Positions 50,501 to 60,361 of a DNA stretch of 64,000 nt are shown piece by piece. This stretch comes from Lingula anatina. Its lineage: Eukaryota; Animalia; Brachiopoda. The position numbers and the translations under genes were made by a program. The stretch lies in assembly GCA_051362555.1 (NCBI GenBank), contig CM120640.1, positions 19,716,001 through 19,780,000 on the forward strand, in the 5' to 3' direction. The notes beneath the pieces are model-generated. The model worked only from the letters and a program-made list of their open reading frames with translations. It did not search any database and was not told the origin of the DNA. Each line of letters starts with the position of its first letter. Position 1 is the stretch's first letter.

Positions 50501-53500
50501 CAGATGCTAAAGTTGCCGTCTTCTCCTGCCCATTAGATATCATTCAAACAGAGACCAAGGTAAGGCAGTTCAGAGATGGTGTCATTTGCGTGTGTCTTTA
50601 CAGTAGGTGTAATATAAGTCCTCATTGTTTGAAATGAAAATTAATGTAATGGAAAAGGAATGTACAGTTTTTCACCTCATAACTTGTACTAACAGATTGA
50701 TTGAAGAGAGATGTTGAGGGCGATATGCTTTGAGTGCTTGCAGCTTGTTCTGTGAGAGGACAATTTGGGTGCAGTAAATGTCACGTAAATTGTTTTTCAG
50801 GGAACTGTGTTGATTAAGACTGCTAAAGAATTGATGGATTTCAATAAAGGAGAGGAAAACCAGATTGAAGAGGTAAGTAAGGTCAACTGTTTGGCTTATT
50901 TTGTGGTGTTTGCTGACTTGCAGGTTTCCCCCCAGCCGTATTAGATATAAAACCTCATTTAGCTATGAAAAGTATTATAATTTCCATTTACATGCTGTTA
51001 AGTAACTGGACTGCTAGACAACTCTATCACATTAACATTTTATCAAATCACATCAACACTTTAAGTGATAACTTTATTATATTTTCGTTCTCCAGCAAAT
51101 TAAAGCCATTGCAGAGACTGGCTGCAAAGTGATAGTGTCTGGAGGTAAAGTTGGCGAATTGGCTCTCCACTATGCCAACAAGTACAAAATGATGGTAGTA
51201 AGATTGTTATCCAAATGGGACTTACGGAGGTTATGCAGAGCAATTGGGGCCACTCCTCTACCTCGCTTGGTAAGTCTCTTGATTTTGTTAGTACTTTTAT
51301 CTTTGCCAGCATATAAAGTTGTTTCGGATAAGAAACAGTGCTTATGAGAGACAGCATTGTGGGGAATAATTTCACGGATTATGCAAGCCAAATTTAACAC
51401 ATCTATTTTTACAGAGGTATTTATTGAAATGAAATAACTATTGACAGTGATAAACATTTTGAGACATTAACCCATATATGACTGGTGATGTTTGTTGTGA
51501 AAAAAGTCTGACATGTTGGGAGCACTTGGTTGTTAAATCATTGATGTATAGCTTGTTTGTTTGCGCTGTCCAATGGCCGTTCTTCCTCTATTTCAGACTG
51601 CCCCTACGGCAGAAGAAGCTGGACACTGTGACCATGTCTACATAGATGAGATAGGCGAAACTCCAGTGGTCATCTTCAAACAAGGTATTTGCTGTAGTTT
51701 ATCACTGACTTGATATTTAGTTCATTGTTGCCCACTATAGCTGGCTCAGCACTTTCTAAGTGCTAGAATTAAAAAAAATATATGAATGAAAATGAATTTC
51801 TAGCCCTTCTCTTTGCTTTAAAATGGTACATATTTGTTTTTTAATGTCTGTGCTTTGGTTACGCATCGAGTTTTTGATACACTTTTGTTTTATAGGATTA
51901 AATCCTGCACTTCGCTTTGAAGGTAATCATTGGTTAAAACTGTGGTTTTGAACACTTTTTTTCTTTGCAAACAGCGTGTGGTTTTACATATGTATAGATC
52001 GTTTCTTACTGATCATAACATTTTGTATAATGTTGCGTGTTTGTTTCACTTTAACAGACAATGTTACCTAACACTGTGTAGGGTGCACATTTCATTATGG
52101 ATAATGTTCATTAGCACTGCTTACCAGTATTGGATTATGGTATATTACATTCCAGTTGTTCCTTGAATATGTCCATTTCAGACAACATTCGCTTAAAGTA
52201 TTAACATTGACATGCAGTGTTTTGTTTCCCCTGAAATATTTTGCACTCGCCAAAACATATTTTTTCTACTCCACATAGACATAATTACCAAGTGTGATAG
52301 CCAAATTTTCGCTGTGATTTTTACCTCAACAAAATCTTTAATCTATATTTAATCCATAAACTGCTTCACTCTGGTAGTACTAAAGCAAATTGCATTTTTA
52401 TAAGTTTTTGCTACTGGGTTGGTAGTTAACAGACCCTGAAATGATCCTGTATAGTTAGCTTGTGAATACTACTGTAATGTGTTGCTATGATTAAGTGGCC
52501 TATCATTGAGCCTCCTGTGTAAGTAAATCAATCTCTCTTGGGTTGTTCAATGTATTTCATTTTGTAGTACAAGTGACATGGGTAATTTGTTGCTCATTTG
52601 TTGTAATGGCTGATGCAAGGCTGTCCCAGTAGGCTATAACACCGAATTAGAAGTTTCAGGATAAGTACAGTCCTTGTTTACCAATTTTTAACATTTCATT
52701 TGCAGCAAAAGAGTTTTCACTCCCCCCCCTCCCCTGCCTTAAAGTGTGGGGTGATTGCAATTTTTTGAAGCAGGACTTGGTTCATATTTACAGCTTTTCC
52801 CAAGTTTTCAGGATGCTGATCATTTAATGTTTTTAATGGATTATGCATATTTTTTTTTTTACAGAAACTGTTGCATCCAAATTCAGCTACCGGAAACTGT
52901 TGTTAGTATTTACAGTTTTGTTTGTAGGCTTCCTTGTGAGAGATACATGATCTTTTTGCTATATTAATATATTTCTGTTGCAAAAAAAGGTATACGGTAG
53001 ATACAAACATGTTTAATTTTTCAGATACTGCTGAGAGCACTGTGTCCACCATTGTGATAAGAGGCTCCACTGATAACATCATGGACGACATTGAGAGAGC
53101 CATAGATGATGGGGTCAATACATACAAAGCACTCACCAAGGTGAGTTTTATCACATTATAAGACTTCCTACCATTTAAAAAAAGGAAATAAAATCTATCG
53201 TGTCATGAGGTTTGAGATATTATTTTTGAAATTTGAACATATTTGATTACAATGCAATTTTTCCAGTGTGAATGTGTTGATTTTCTTTGAAATTAAACTA
53301 TTTTAGTGTCCTGTGATAACAATGTCATGATATATGCTTTATGCAACATTTCATATTAGCACATTTACAAGAGAGCTATAGGCTTGTTTTGATGTAATTT
53401 GTCTACCTCTTTATATTTGCAGGATGACCGTTTGCTACCTGGAGCAGGTGCCACAGAGATTGAGCTGGCCAAACAGCTCACTTCGTATGGAGAGGTAATG

Positions 53501-54942
53501 TTTTAAAATTTTACTATCCTCTGCAGATCTCGTTGCAGTGGTGGTGATTGGGTCTGAGTTGGGTCTCTGTTTGATATCATTTTGAAATATTTGTGTAATG
53601 AAATCTTACATGTTTGTATTTTTTGTTCCTGAAACAAGCCCAAAATCCTTGCCCTGTATCATTCTATATATAATTGAGTTTTGTATTTTAAACTTATGTG
53701 TTTAATGAATTGTCTTGACCTGGGAAAGCATAATATGCAAAACTTTTTTTATTTATTCATTTATTATTCATTATTATTACTTTTTTTAATCTATGCAGAG
53801 TTAATAGTAATTGAAGCAGTGCATATTAAATTTGCATCTTTTTTTTCCCCTCCAGACCTGTCCTGGTCTAGAGCAGTATGCTATCAAGAAGTTTGCTGAG
53901 GCGCTTGAGGTGGTCCCCAAGGCATTGTCTGAGAACACTGGCGTCAAGGGGACAGAGGTCATCTCCAAGCTGTATGCAGCCCACCAAGAGGGAGGCAAAA
54001 ATATGGGATTTGATATTGGGGTATGTTGTTGATGTTTGATATTTTAAGATACTGACTTGATGGGTCAATAATTATAGTTCTAACAAAGTGGGAAGGCATG
54101 GGTTCAAATTTAGTAAGATTATACCAAAGACTAGTTCAGGAAGCTTTCATCTAACTCTTATCTCTTGCAGTCAGTGTTTAGGTCGAAGTAGGAATTATAA
54201 AATCGAAGTGTAATTTAAAAGAATAGCTTAGATACATCTGGATTTTCATTTTATGATAGCAGTTTACAACCAGTACCAGTTTGAACTTGGAATTCCTATG
54301 TTGAAATTTGTTACTTTTTAGGGCGAGGGAGCAGCTATCAGAGATGCTTTGGAAGCCAACATTCTTGATCTCTACACCACCAAGTACTGGGGCTTGAAGT
54401 TTGCCACCAATGCTGCCAATACTGTGCTCAAAGTGGACCAGGTAGGGACTGTAGACTTGTAATACTTCAGTATAAACCACAGGCTGTTGTACAGCAGATC
54501 AGTTCCATTGTTTTGTCAGAGCAGTGCTATTTAATGTAACAGTGGGATAATGTCAATTGATAGGATGTTGCACTCTCTGTAAAGCCCCCCTCTTTCTCAC
54601 AATATTTTTGTGTTGAGAACATTGGTGATTTACTGTGGGTGCTTCAATTTTAACTCATTCAGTGGTTTCAAATTTCATGGAATTTTAGAAAAAGATTGAA
54701 GGCACTATGGGTTTCTTACAAACACCTTGAGTTGTTGTATGCTGCAGCTATAGGTTAACGTAAAACCAAGAAAACTTGCTTGCAGCTGTGATGGCAACAG
54801 GATATTTACATGGTCCACTATGAAATTAATAACACCCATGTTCAATTAACTAATTAGTTTCCATTTTTGTCCCCAGATTATTATGGCCAAAGCAGCTGGA
54901 GGACCCAAAGCAAAAAAGAACCAAGATTGGGATGAAGATTAA
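44549..54942 (+). CDS. CCT8: T-complex protein 1 subunit theta (544 aa)
   Basis: Exons 44549-44608, 44936-45026, 45408-45487, 49004-49135, 49268-49337, 49601-49729, 50132-50193, 50422-50559, 50801-50872, 51096-51269, 51597-51684, 53025-53140, 53423-53494, 53856-54020, 54322-54441, 54877-54942 (1635 nt). Theta-specific PGFAQMLKEGA, GLEEAVYRNI, GDGTNFV, SKWDLRRLC, IIMAKAAGGP, DWDED. Confidence 0.97.
45648..48734. mobile_element. TA-flanked (Tc1/mariner-type) non-autonomous element in CCT8 intron 3
   Basis: TIRs CTCTGAAGTGCCGAATAA / TTATTTGGCACTTCAGAG, TA on both sides (45646-47, 48735-36), and three subterminal repeats (GGAATAAC..GTGCCCCC..GGAAAA). Confidence 0.8.
46116..47407 (-). mobile_element. 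hAT-type deletion derivative nested in the TA-flanked element
   Basis: Perfect 17-bp TIRs CAGACTTTACGAAAGGC / GCCTTTCGTAAAGTCTG; 6-bp TSD CATAAC; subterminal TC(A/G)GAC repeats. Minus-strand relic peptides KRKF..EGRPW.TYD, SFITGS and KLQLDERDRLTMLFQNAYVIAKNN resemble ZNF862-like hAT transposase N-termini. Confidence 0.8.
51850..52092 (+). ncRNA. Candidate intronic H/ACA snoRNA (SNORA44-like guide for 18S rRNA); 5' boundary uncertain
   Basis: H box ATAGGA (51892); hairpin GCACTT..AGGTAA.CATTG.GTTAAA / TTTAAC..CAATG.TTACCT..GGGTGC; ACA+3 nt (52087-92). Pocket GCTTTG/CACT is complementary to 18S AGUG-UU-CAAAGC, 15 nt from ACA. Confidence 0.5.
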
Positions 54943-55456
54943 ATTGGTCCAAACGAATCTTCCTTTAAAAAAGGGTGTAAGAAACTGTGAAAGTGTCCAA
55001 GGCTTGAATACAGTATGTAAGAATATATTGGATTACACCTGGATGGAAATTTGTTCTATGCGTAAACTGGCAATTGGTTCAGGACATGCCTTCTAGGATT
55101 CTAGTTCACTAGAACAGACTTAGGAATGATGAAGGAGAGCTTGGGAGTTCCTAATGTTGTAGGAAGGAGAGTGATAAATGTATATTCATGCATTCCTTTG
55201 GGGCATCAGATCACTTAACTCTCTGGATGAGAGAAAACATTAGTCAACAACTTTCACTTCAAAAAGTCAATAGGAACAAATTTGGCCAATTTTAAATATG
55301 TGTTGAATGGGTGTTGTTTTCTCACACTCGCACAATTTTCTTTTATTAGATAGAGAATGGAAATGGTTTTGATACAAGTCAGTGGCTGAGATTATGACAA
55401 TTATTTATAGACTGAAATAGAACTGTGCCTGCTGTGTTTTGTAATCGTGCTTTCCC

Positions 55457-55507
55457 AATAAAAATGTACCTACTTCTTAAAACATTTGTTTTTAATATGA
55501 CTTTATT
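55457..55507. terminator. Convergent polyadenylation signals (CCT8 + and orphan gene -)
   Basis: AATAAA at 55457-62 (+) and TTTATT at 55502-07 (AATAAA on -). Confidence 0.55.
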
Positions 55508-55638
55508 TGAACGTCGAGAGAAAAATAACCGCTACATTTACAGTCATGTTACAATATTTGATAAAACGTAAAATTCCATTCCAAAATAGTTAAAAGTGAT
55601 CTATCTTGCAAAAGTTGGAATTATTCATGGCGTCTTTT

Positions 55639-56550
55639 TCAATAGTTCTGCTTCGTTTTATCAACCATAGGTGGAGCAGGCGTTAAGTCTGCAAAACTGT
55701 TTCTTGGGGTATAAGCGAAATTGTGCACGGGATAAGTATTCAAGTCTACAGCTGCCTTTGCAATGCTGTTACTTTTTGCCACCTCTTCTATACATGTGTC
55801 CTGTCTCTTAACTTCCGCAGCTTCGGAATTTCTCTTCATCACACGTAAGAGGATATCATTTTCCGAAGCCAAATGGCCACAGAAATGTGTGCGCATTGTA
55901 AAGGTTCCCTGTCGCATACGGCACATAAAGCATGTTCTACCACTGGGTACCTCTTGTAGCGGTGTACGCTCCATTGGGAGAGACAGGAGGTCCCAAATTA
56001 ACTGCTCTTCTATCTTCTTCGGCGCACAAAGTAATTTGGGGCTCACGTGTATGCCGGCGTAGGCGCGCCTGTGTCCTTCCTCGTAGCGGCAACGCTTTCT
56101 TGTTCGGCTGCAGTCCACGCAGGAGAAGTGCCCCAGCACGTCGCAGTAATGTCCAGTTTCTATGACCAAAGGACAGGAGCTGGTCATGCGATGGCACACA
56201 GGCGGAAAAGTGAGGTTTTGAAGTCTTGAGTTACCTACGCTACCCCCGCGAACGCCTTTCGCGCTGTTCGCGTGGCACGGAACCACTTTGACTCGCCCAG
56301 CTTCTTTGGCGTTGTTCAAGGCCACAAATTTGGACTCGAAGTCCGGCTTGGCAATAACCTGGCCGAATTTTGACGGCAATCTGTATTTTCTGCGGTTTCT
56401 ATACAGATTTTCTCGCCCATCCTTAAACTGTTCGAAGGCCAGATCACCTATAAGGCTGCAGATGTGAGCTTTTGACTGGCCCAGTCGATGTTTTCTTGGT
56501 TGTGAGGCAAAAACTGGTGATTTTCCCACTTGCTGAAATGTGGTATCCAT
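55639..56550 (-). CDS. Uncharacterised Cys/His-rich basic protein (303 aa), single coding exon
   Basis: Long GC-richer ORF from ATG 56550 (MDTTFQQVGK...); acceptor ttctttcag at 56584-85 and donor AAG|gtgagt at 57620 imply a 5'UTR intron; polyA signal at 55502. No family recognised. Confidence 0.72.
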   Translation of the reverse strand: MDTTFQQVGKSPVFASQPRKHRLGQSKAHICSLIGDLAFEQFKDGRENLYRNRRKYRLPSKFGQVIAKPDFESKFVALNNAKEAGRVKVVPCHANSAKGVRGGSVGNSRLQNLTFPPVCHRMTSSCPLVIETGHYCDVLGHFSCVDCSRTRKRCRYEEGHRRAYAGIHVSPKLLCAPKKIEEQLIWDLLSLPMERTPLQEVPSGRTCFMCRMRQGTFTMRTHFCGHLASENDILLRVMKRNSEAAEVKRQDTCIEEVAKSNSIAKAAVDLNTYPVHNFAYTPRNSFADLTPAPPMVDKTKQNY

Positions 56551-57045
56551 TTTTCTTGAAACATCTAGAGTGAGCTTTAACCTCTGAAAGAAAAGTTGAT
56601 ATATGGGGTCACTTGACATATAAAATGGCCATATGGCAATAATGTGTGACTTATCCAGCTTCAACCAGTATATTGAACAGTAAACAGGCTGTAACTTTGT
56701 GACTTGACATATTCAATTGCATTTTTTCATTTATTTTCAGAAGAGCCATATGGCTTGCATTTGATAAGTTATGAAAAAGAAAAACCCTCAAAAACGTATC
56801 TCTAAACAAAGGATGTGTGACTTGGAAGTTATGACAAAAGTCAATAAGAATATTCTTATGACTCAGTCTATTTAGATTCTTATCGTTCTTATAAATTTGA
56901 ATTGACCTTGAAATTTACCAGTATTTAGGAGAAAACACCCACAGGCCCTGATGGCTTGTTTAGAAGGTGATTGCTTCAGTGGGACATTTACCTGATGCTC
57001 AGCTGCTGCATTCTTGCAATAAAAGAGATAATACACACGGAAGCG

Positions 57046-57048
<3 letters not shown>

Positions 57049-57084
<36 letters not shown>

Positions 57085-57100
57085 CCAGAGAGAGAGAGAG
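57049..57100. repeat. (AC)n + (AG)n compound microsatellite
   Basis: Direct reading; explains the CVCVCV ORF at 56872-57114. Confidence 0.9.
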
Positions 57101-58708
57101 CTAAGACTAAACACTTATGTAAGCCCTTTAGCTAATCCTTTTTTTAACTTATATCTTTGATGTAAGCGCTATTGCATATATTTACTGAGAGCACTCCGTT
57201 TAAGTGTCTCTTCAGATTTATAAATCCACAGATAAACGGTAAAACAATCTGGCAGAGGTGTACTGAGTTATGCTAAGATACACACTAAGACCACATATTT
57301 ATCTGTGATATACACGACTAATCTTGTCTGTTGTTACGGTAGCGAAATTTATCACCGGTGCAACTGATGTCGGACATAGATGACATATGTATGTACATAA
57401 ACGCTTCTAAACAGTTTCCCACGACCACTACAGTTAGAATTTTTAGCGTGAAGTGTATTTAGTTCTTGTATATGCGAACAACAACAATCACCAGAGCTTA
57501 GCTGTTTAGCGTTCCTGTACCCTTTTAACTCTCTCGTTTGAGATTATATTGTGACTTGTTACATGAAGTTGCAAACCAAAAAAAAAGCTTTTTCATTTTT
57601 TTACGCATTTTAAAACTCACCTTGTTCTCCAACAAAAATGCTTCGTAGTGGGACAAAACTAAGATTGCAAGAGATTTATTTCAAGTCTTTGGTTGCTGTC
57701 ATATAAATTAAACGTTTATCATTAGCATTTCGCAAGATTACTTTCAGGCTTTATCGCCAACGATTAGGATTAGCAAACAGTTGTTGCAGTCAATCATACG
57801 CTTAACTATTGACACTGTACAAAGAATATGTATGAATTGTCACTTTATCAAAATGCTATAAAGTTGCCATTTTTCTCTCTCTTGGCAACACTCTATATAA
57901 CACACTACTTTGTCTTATAACAAGGTACATTCCTTTTTTCAGTAAAGCAGCCGCACTTTTTATCCCCCACCCCTCTCTCTCTCTCCCTCTCTCTCTCCCC
58001 CCCCTCTCTCTATTTTTTTTTCTTTTTCTCTCCTTAGTTAATCACGTCGCAGACTCTATATTGTTTTCATCCTCCTCAAAATGGCAATATCCATTATTTT
58101 TCGAGAACTAAAGCGGTTATGCAATTATAAAAAAGAAAAGAACTTTACGATCTCTTAACTAAGGATTTTCAAAGGCGGAAAAATTGTGCAGTTTAAAGGA
58201 AGGAAGGAACAAAAGCAACTTGTTTAGAAAATACTTATTCAGCATTGAGGTCATGTGTGATTATTTATGATAAACAACATGCCTATATTTCTATCACGTA
58301 AAGGTCACAGAACAAAGCCGGTTTGCATTAGAATATCAATAGCGCGTTATCGTTGATTAACTTGGTAAGCTTTCAGCACACTCCGCCATATTGTTTAGCT
58401 GTTGCTAGGGGTAAGGGGTCGCCCCATTCATACTTAGCAACCTATGCGCTTTGTGCTTAAGTTGACGGTATTATGTGGAGTATTGGCCGAGAATGTGATG
58501 TTAATGCCTGCGCAAATACATGGCTGGCGAATGAGAAATAGGCTTCAAAACGCATAAGTTTGAGGCAATCATCTTAGCGTAACATGTAAACGGACTTGCA
58601 GTATCGAGGAGAGCTCAGTCGATGGTCAACTAGGAGAGATTAACACCTGTGAGGGGTGTTAGACTTAACAAGTTGCTCCTAAAAACATTTAACCTTTTTC
58701 TGCTCAAG

Positions 58709-60361
58709 ATGGCGGAACCTGGGGATGGTTGTAAGGTTGAGAGTCGGAGGCAAGACGCGTTCATGGCCATCGGAAAGGGAATACGGCCTCCCGAGGGTCG
58801 CCAACCGAATCCCTCCAGCGTCCCAGACCTCCCAGTGGTGGAACTGAAACCTTTCGTTCAAAAGGAGTGGAGGCGGGCAAAAAGTTTGCCAAACTACTGG
58901 GAGACGAAAATGTTACGTTTTGCAGCACAAGAGAATGAGGCGGCCGCTGCTGCGGCTATGGCAGTTCATAAAATGGAATTCATCGCACAGAGGGAACTAA
59001 TGAGTAACATGCTCGGTTCCATAGGCGGAGGTTCCACGCACCGCGAACACGAGAAGACATTTATCTCAGAGGAGGATGAGCAGGAGGACAAGAATATTAA
59101 CTCTGCTCGGAGTAGCAGTAATGTCAGTCCCCGTGGCTACAGCAGCCCTCGGGCTCACACCAAAGATATGTTCCAAAAGTTGCCAAAATTCGGTTTCGCT
59201 ACAAAACCGGACCGAGAGAAATCGACTCTGTCTGAAATTCAAACTGGCAGGAGCGAAAATATCTCTTACAGTTTTCTAAAGAAATCCATGAGTGATGAAG
59301 ATATAGCCAAACAGCAGATGATTCGGTTGTCGGGTCGGAGAGTTAGACCCGGCCTAACGTTCAAATCTCTGCCGGCGAGCCTATACACCTCCTACCAGAG
59401 ATCGTACACTATGCCGCCTACGTCCATGACAAACGAACTAGACTATATAGCCCGAAGTATATACGGAGCTTCTACTCCCATGACTATGGGAGACTACGGC
59501 AAAAGTATCCCGGAGTTCCCACACACACCGTACACATACGATGGAAACTTTTCTAGATCTCACACTCTTCCTTTGATAGAAATAAGAAACACTCCTTTGA
59601 AATTAAGGAAAAAATTCCAGCAGCAGCAACAACTTTTTAGACAACATCGCCGAAAACATCAGCAAAGAAATCCTGATTATGACGCGTATAGAACCGGGGG
59701 TATACAGAATACCTTACAGGTAATGAACGAAACTGGTCGACCTTTAGGGATCGAACAGCAACTGACATTGGAAATGAAGTCAACTTTAGAGCAGTTAAGG
59801 AAGACCAAAACTGCATACCCCCCACCCCCGTCTCTCGCGGGCTCCGTCAGGGCGGGACAGCCAAGATTTACATCGGGGGTCCCTACCCCGGGGGAGATGA
59901 TGCTCATACAGGGGCAAAAATCAAATCAAAAGAAAGGACGCTCAGAAATAGAAGCAATCTCCACATCGCGGGATTATATTGATGAAAACAATGACCGTGG
60001 TGCCCAAGAATCTCGGAGCAAAATGGACAATCATGACTCTGGTATACAAAGTCCAGTAGACGGTCACGCGGACGACGATCACTTAGCTCATGCTCAACTT
60101 TTATCAAACGACCTAGGCGCTCGTCTGGAAGAACTCGCTGTCGAGGACGCTCAAAAAGCAGACGATTTAGAAATTGACGTTATCCCGGTAGATAATAATG
60201 GTGATGACGGCGATCCGATTGAAGGCGAACGCGCAGCTTCTGCTGCTAAATCTCATGTCACCAGTAAGACATTCATAACAAACAAGGATACCCCAACAAA
60301 CACACCAAGACCAGTTAGCAGTAGCACAGACCTTCCCATTGAATTATCAGGTGATAACTGA
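58709..60361 (+). CDS. Uncharacterised, probably disordered protein (550 aa), intronless ORF
   Basis: 1.65-kb GC-richer open frame with strong Kozak AAGATGG at 58709; Ala, Gln and Pro runs and an acidic C-terminus. No family recognised. Confidence 0.8.
   Translation: MAEPGDGCKVESRRQDAFMAIGKGIRPPEGRQPNPSSVPDLPVVELKPFVQKEWRRAKSLPNYWETKMLRFAAQENEAAAAAAMAVHKMEFIAQRELMSNMLGSIGGGSTHREHEKTFISEEDEQEDKNINSARSSSNVSPRGYSSPRAHTKDMFQKLPKFGFATKPDREKSTLSEIQTGRSENISYSFLKKSMSDEDIAKQQMIRLSGRRVRPGLTFKSLPASLYTSYQRSYTMPPTSMTNELDYIARSIYGASTPMTMGDYGKSIPEFPHTPYTYDGNFSRSHTLPLIEIRNTPLKLRKKFQQQQQLFRQHRRKHQQRNPDYDAYRTGGIQNTLQVMNETGRPLGIEQQLTLEMKSTLEQLRKTKTAYPPPPSLAGSVRAGQPRFTSGVPTPGEMMLIQGQKSNQKKGRSEIEAISTSRDYIDENNDRGAQESRSKMDNHDSGIQSPVDGHADDDHLAHAQLLSNDLGARLEELAVEDAQKADDLEIDVIPVDNNGDDGDPIEGERAASAAKSHVTSKTFITNKDTPTNTPRPVSSSTDLPIELSGDN

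Noticed and set aside
55763-56229. Overlapping antisense and alternate-frame ORFs within the orphan gene
   Set aside because: Expected shadow ORFs of GC-richer coding sequence.
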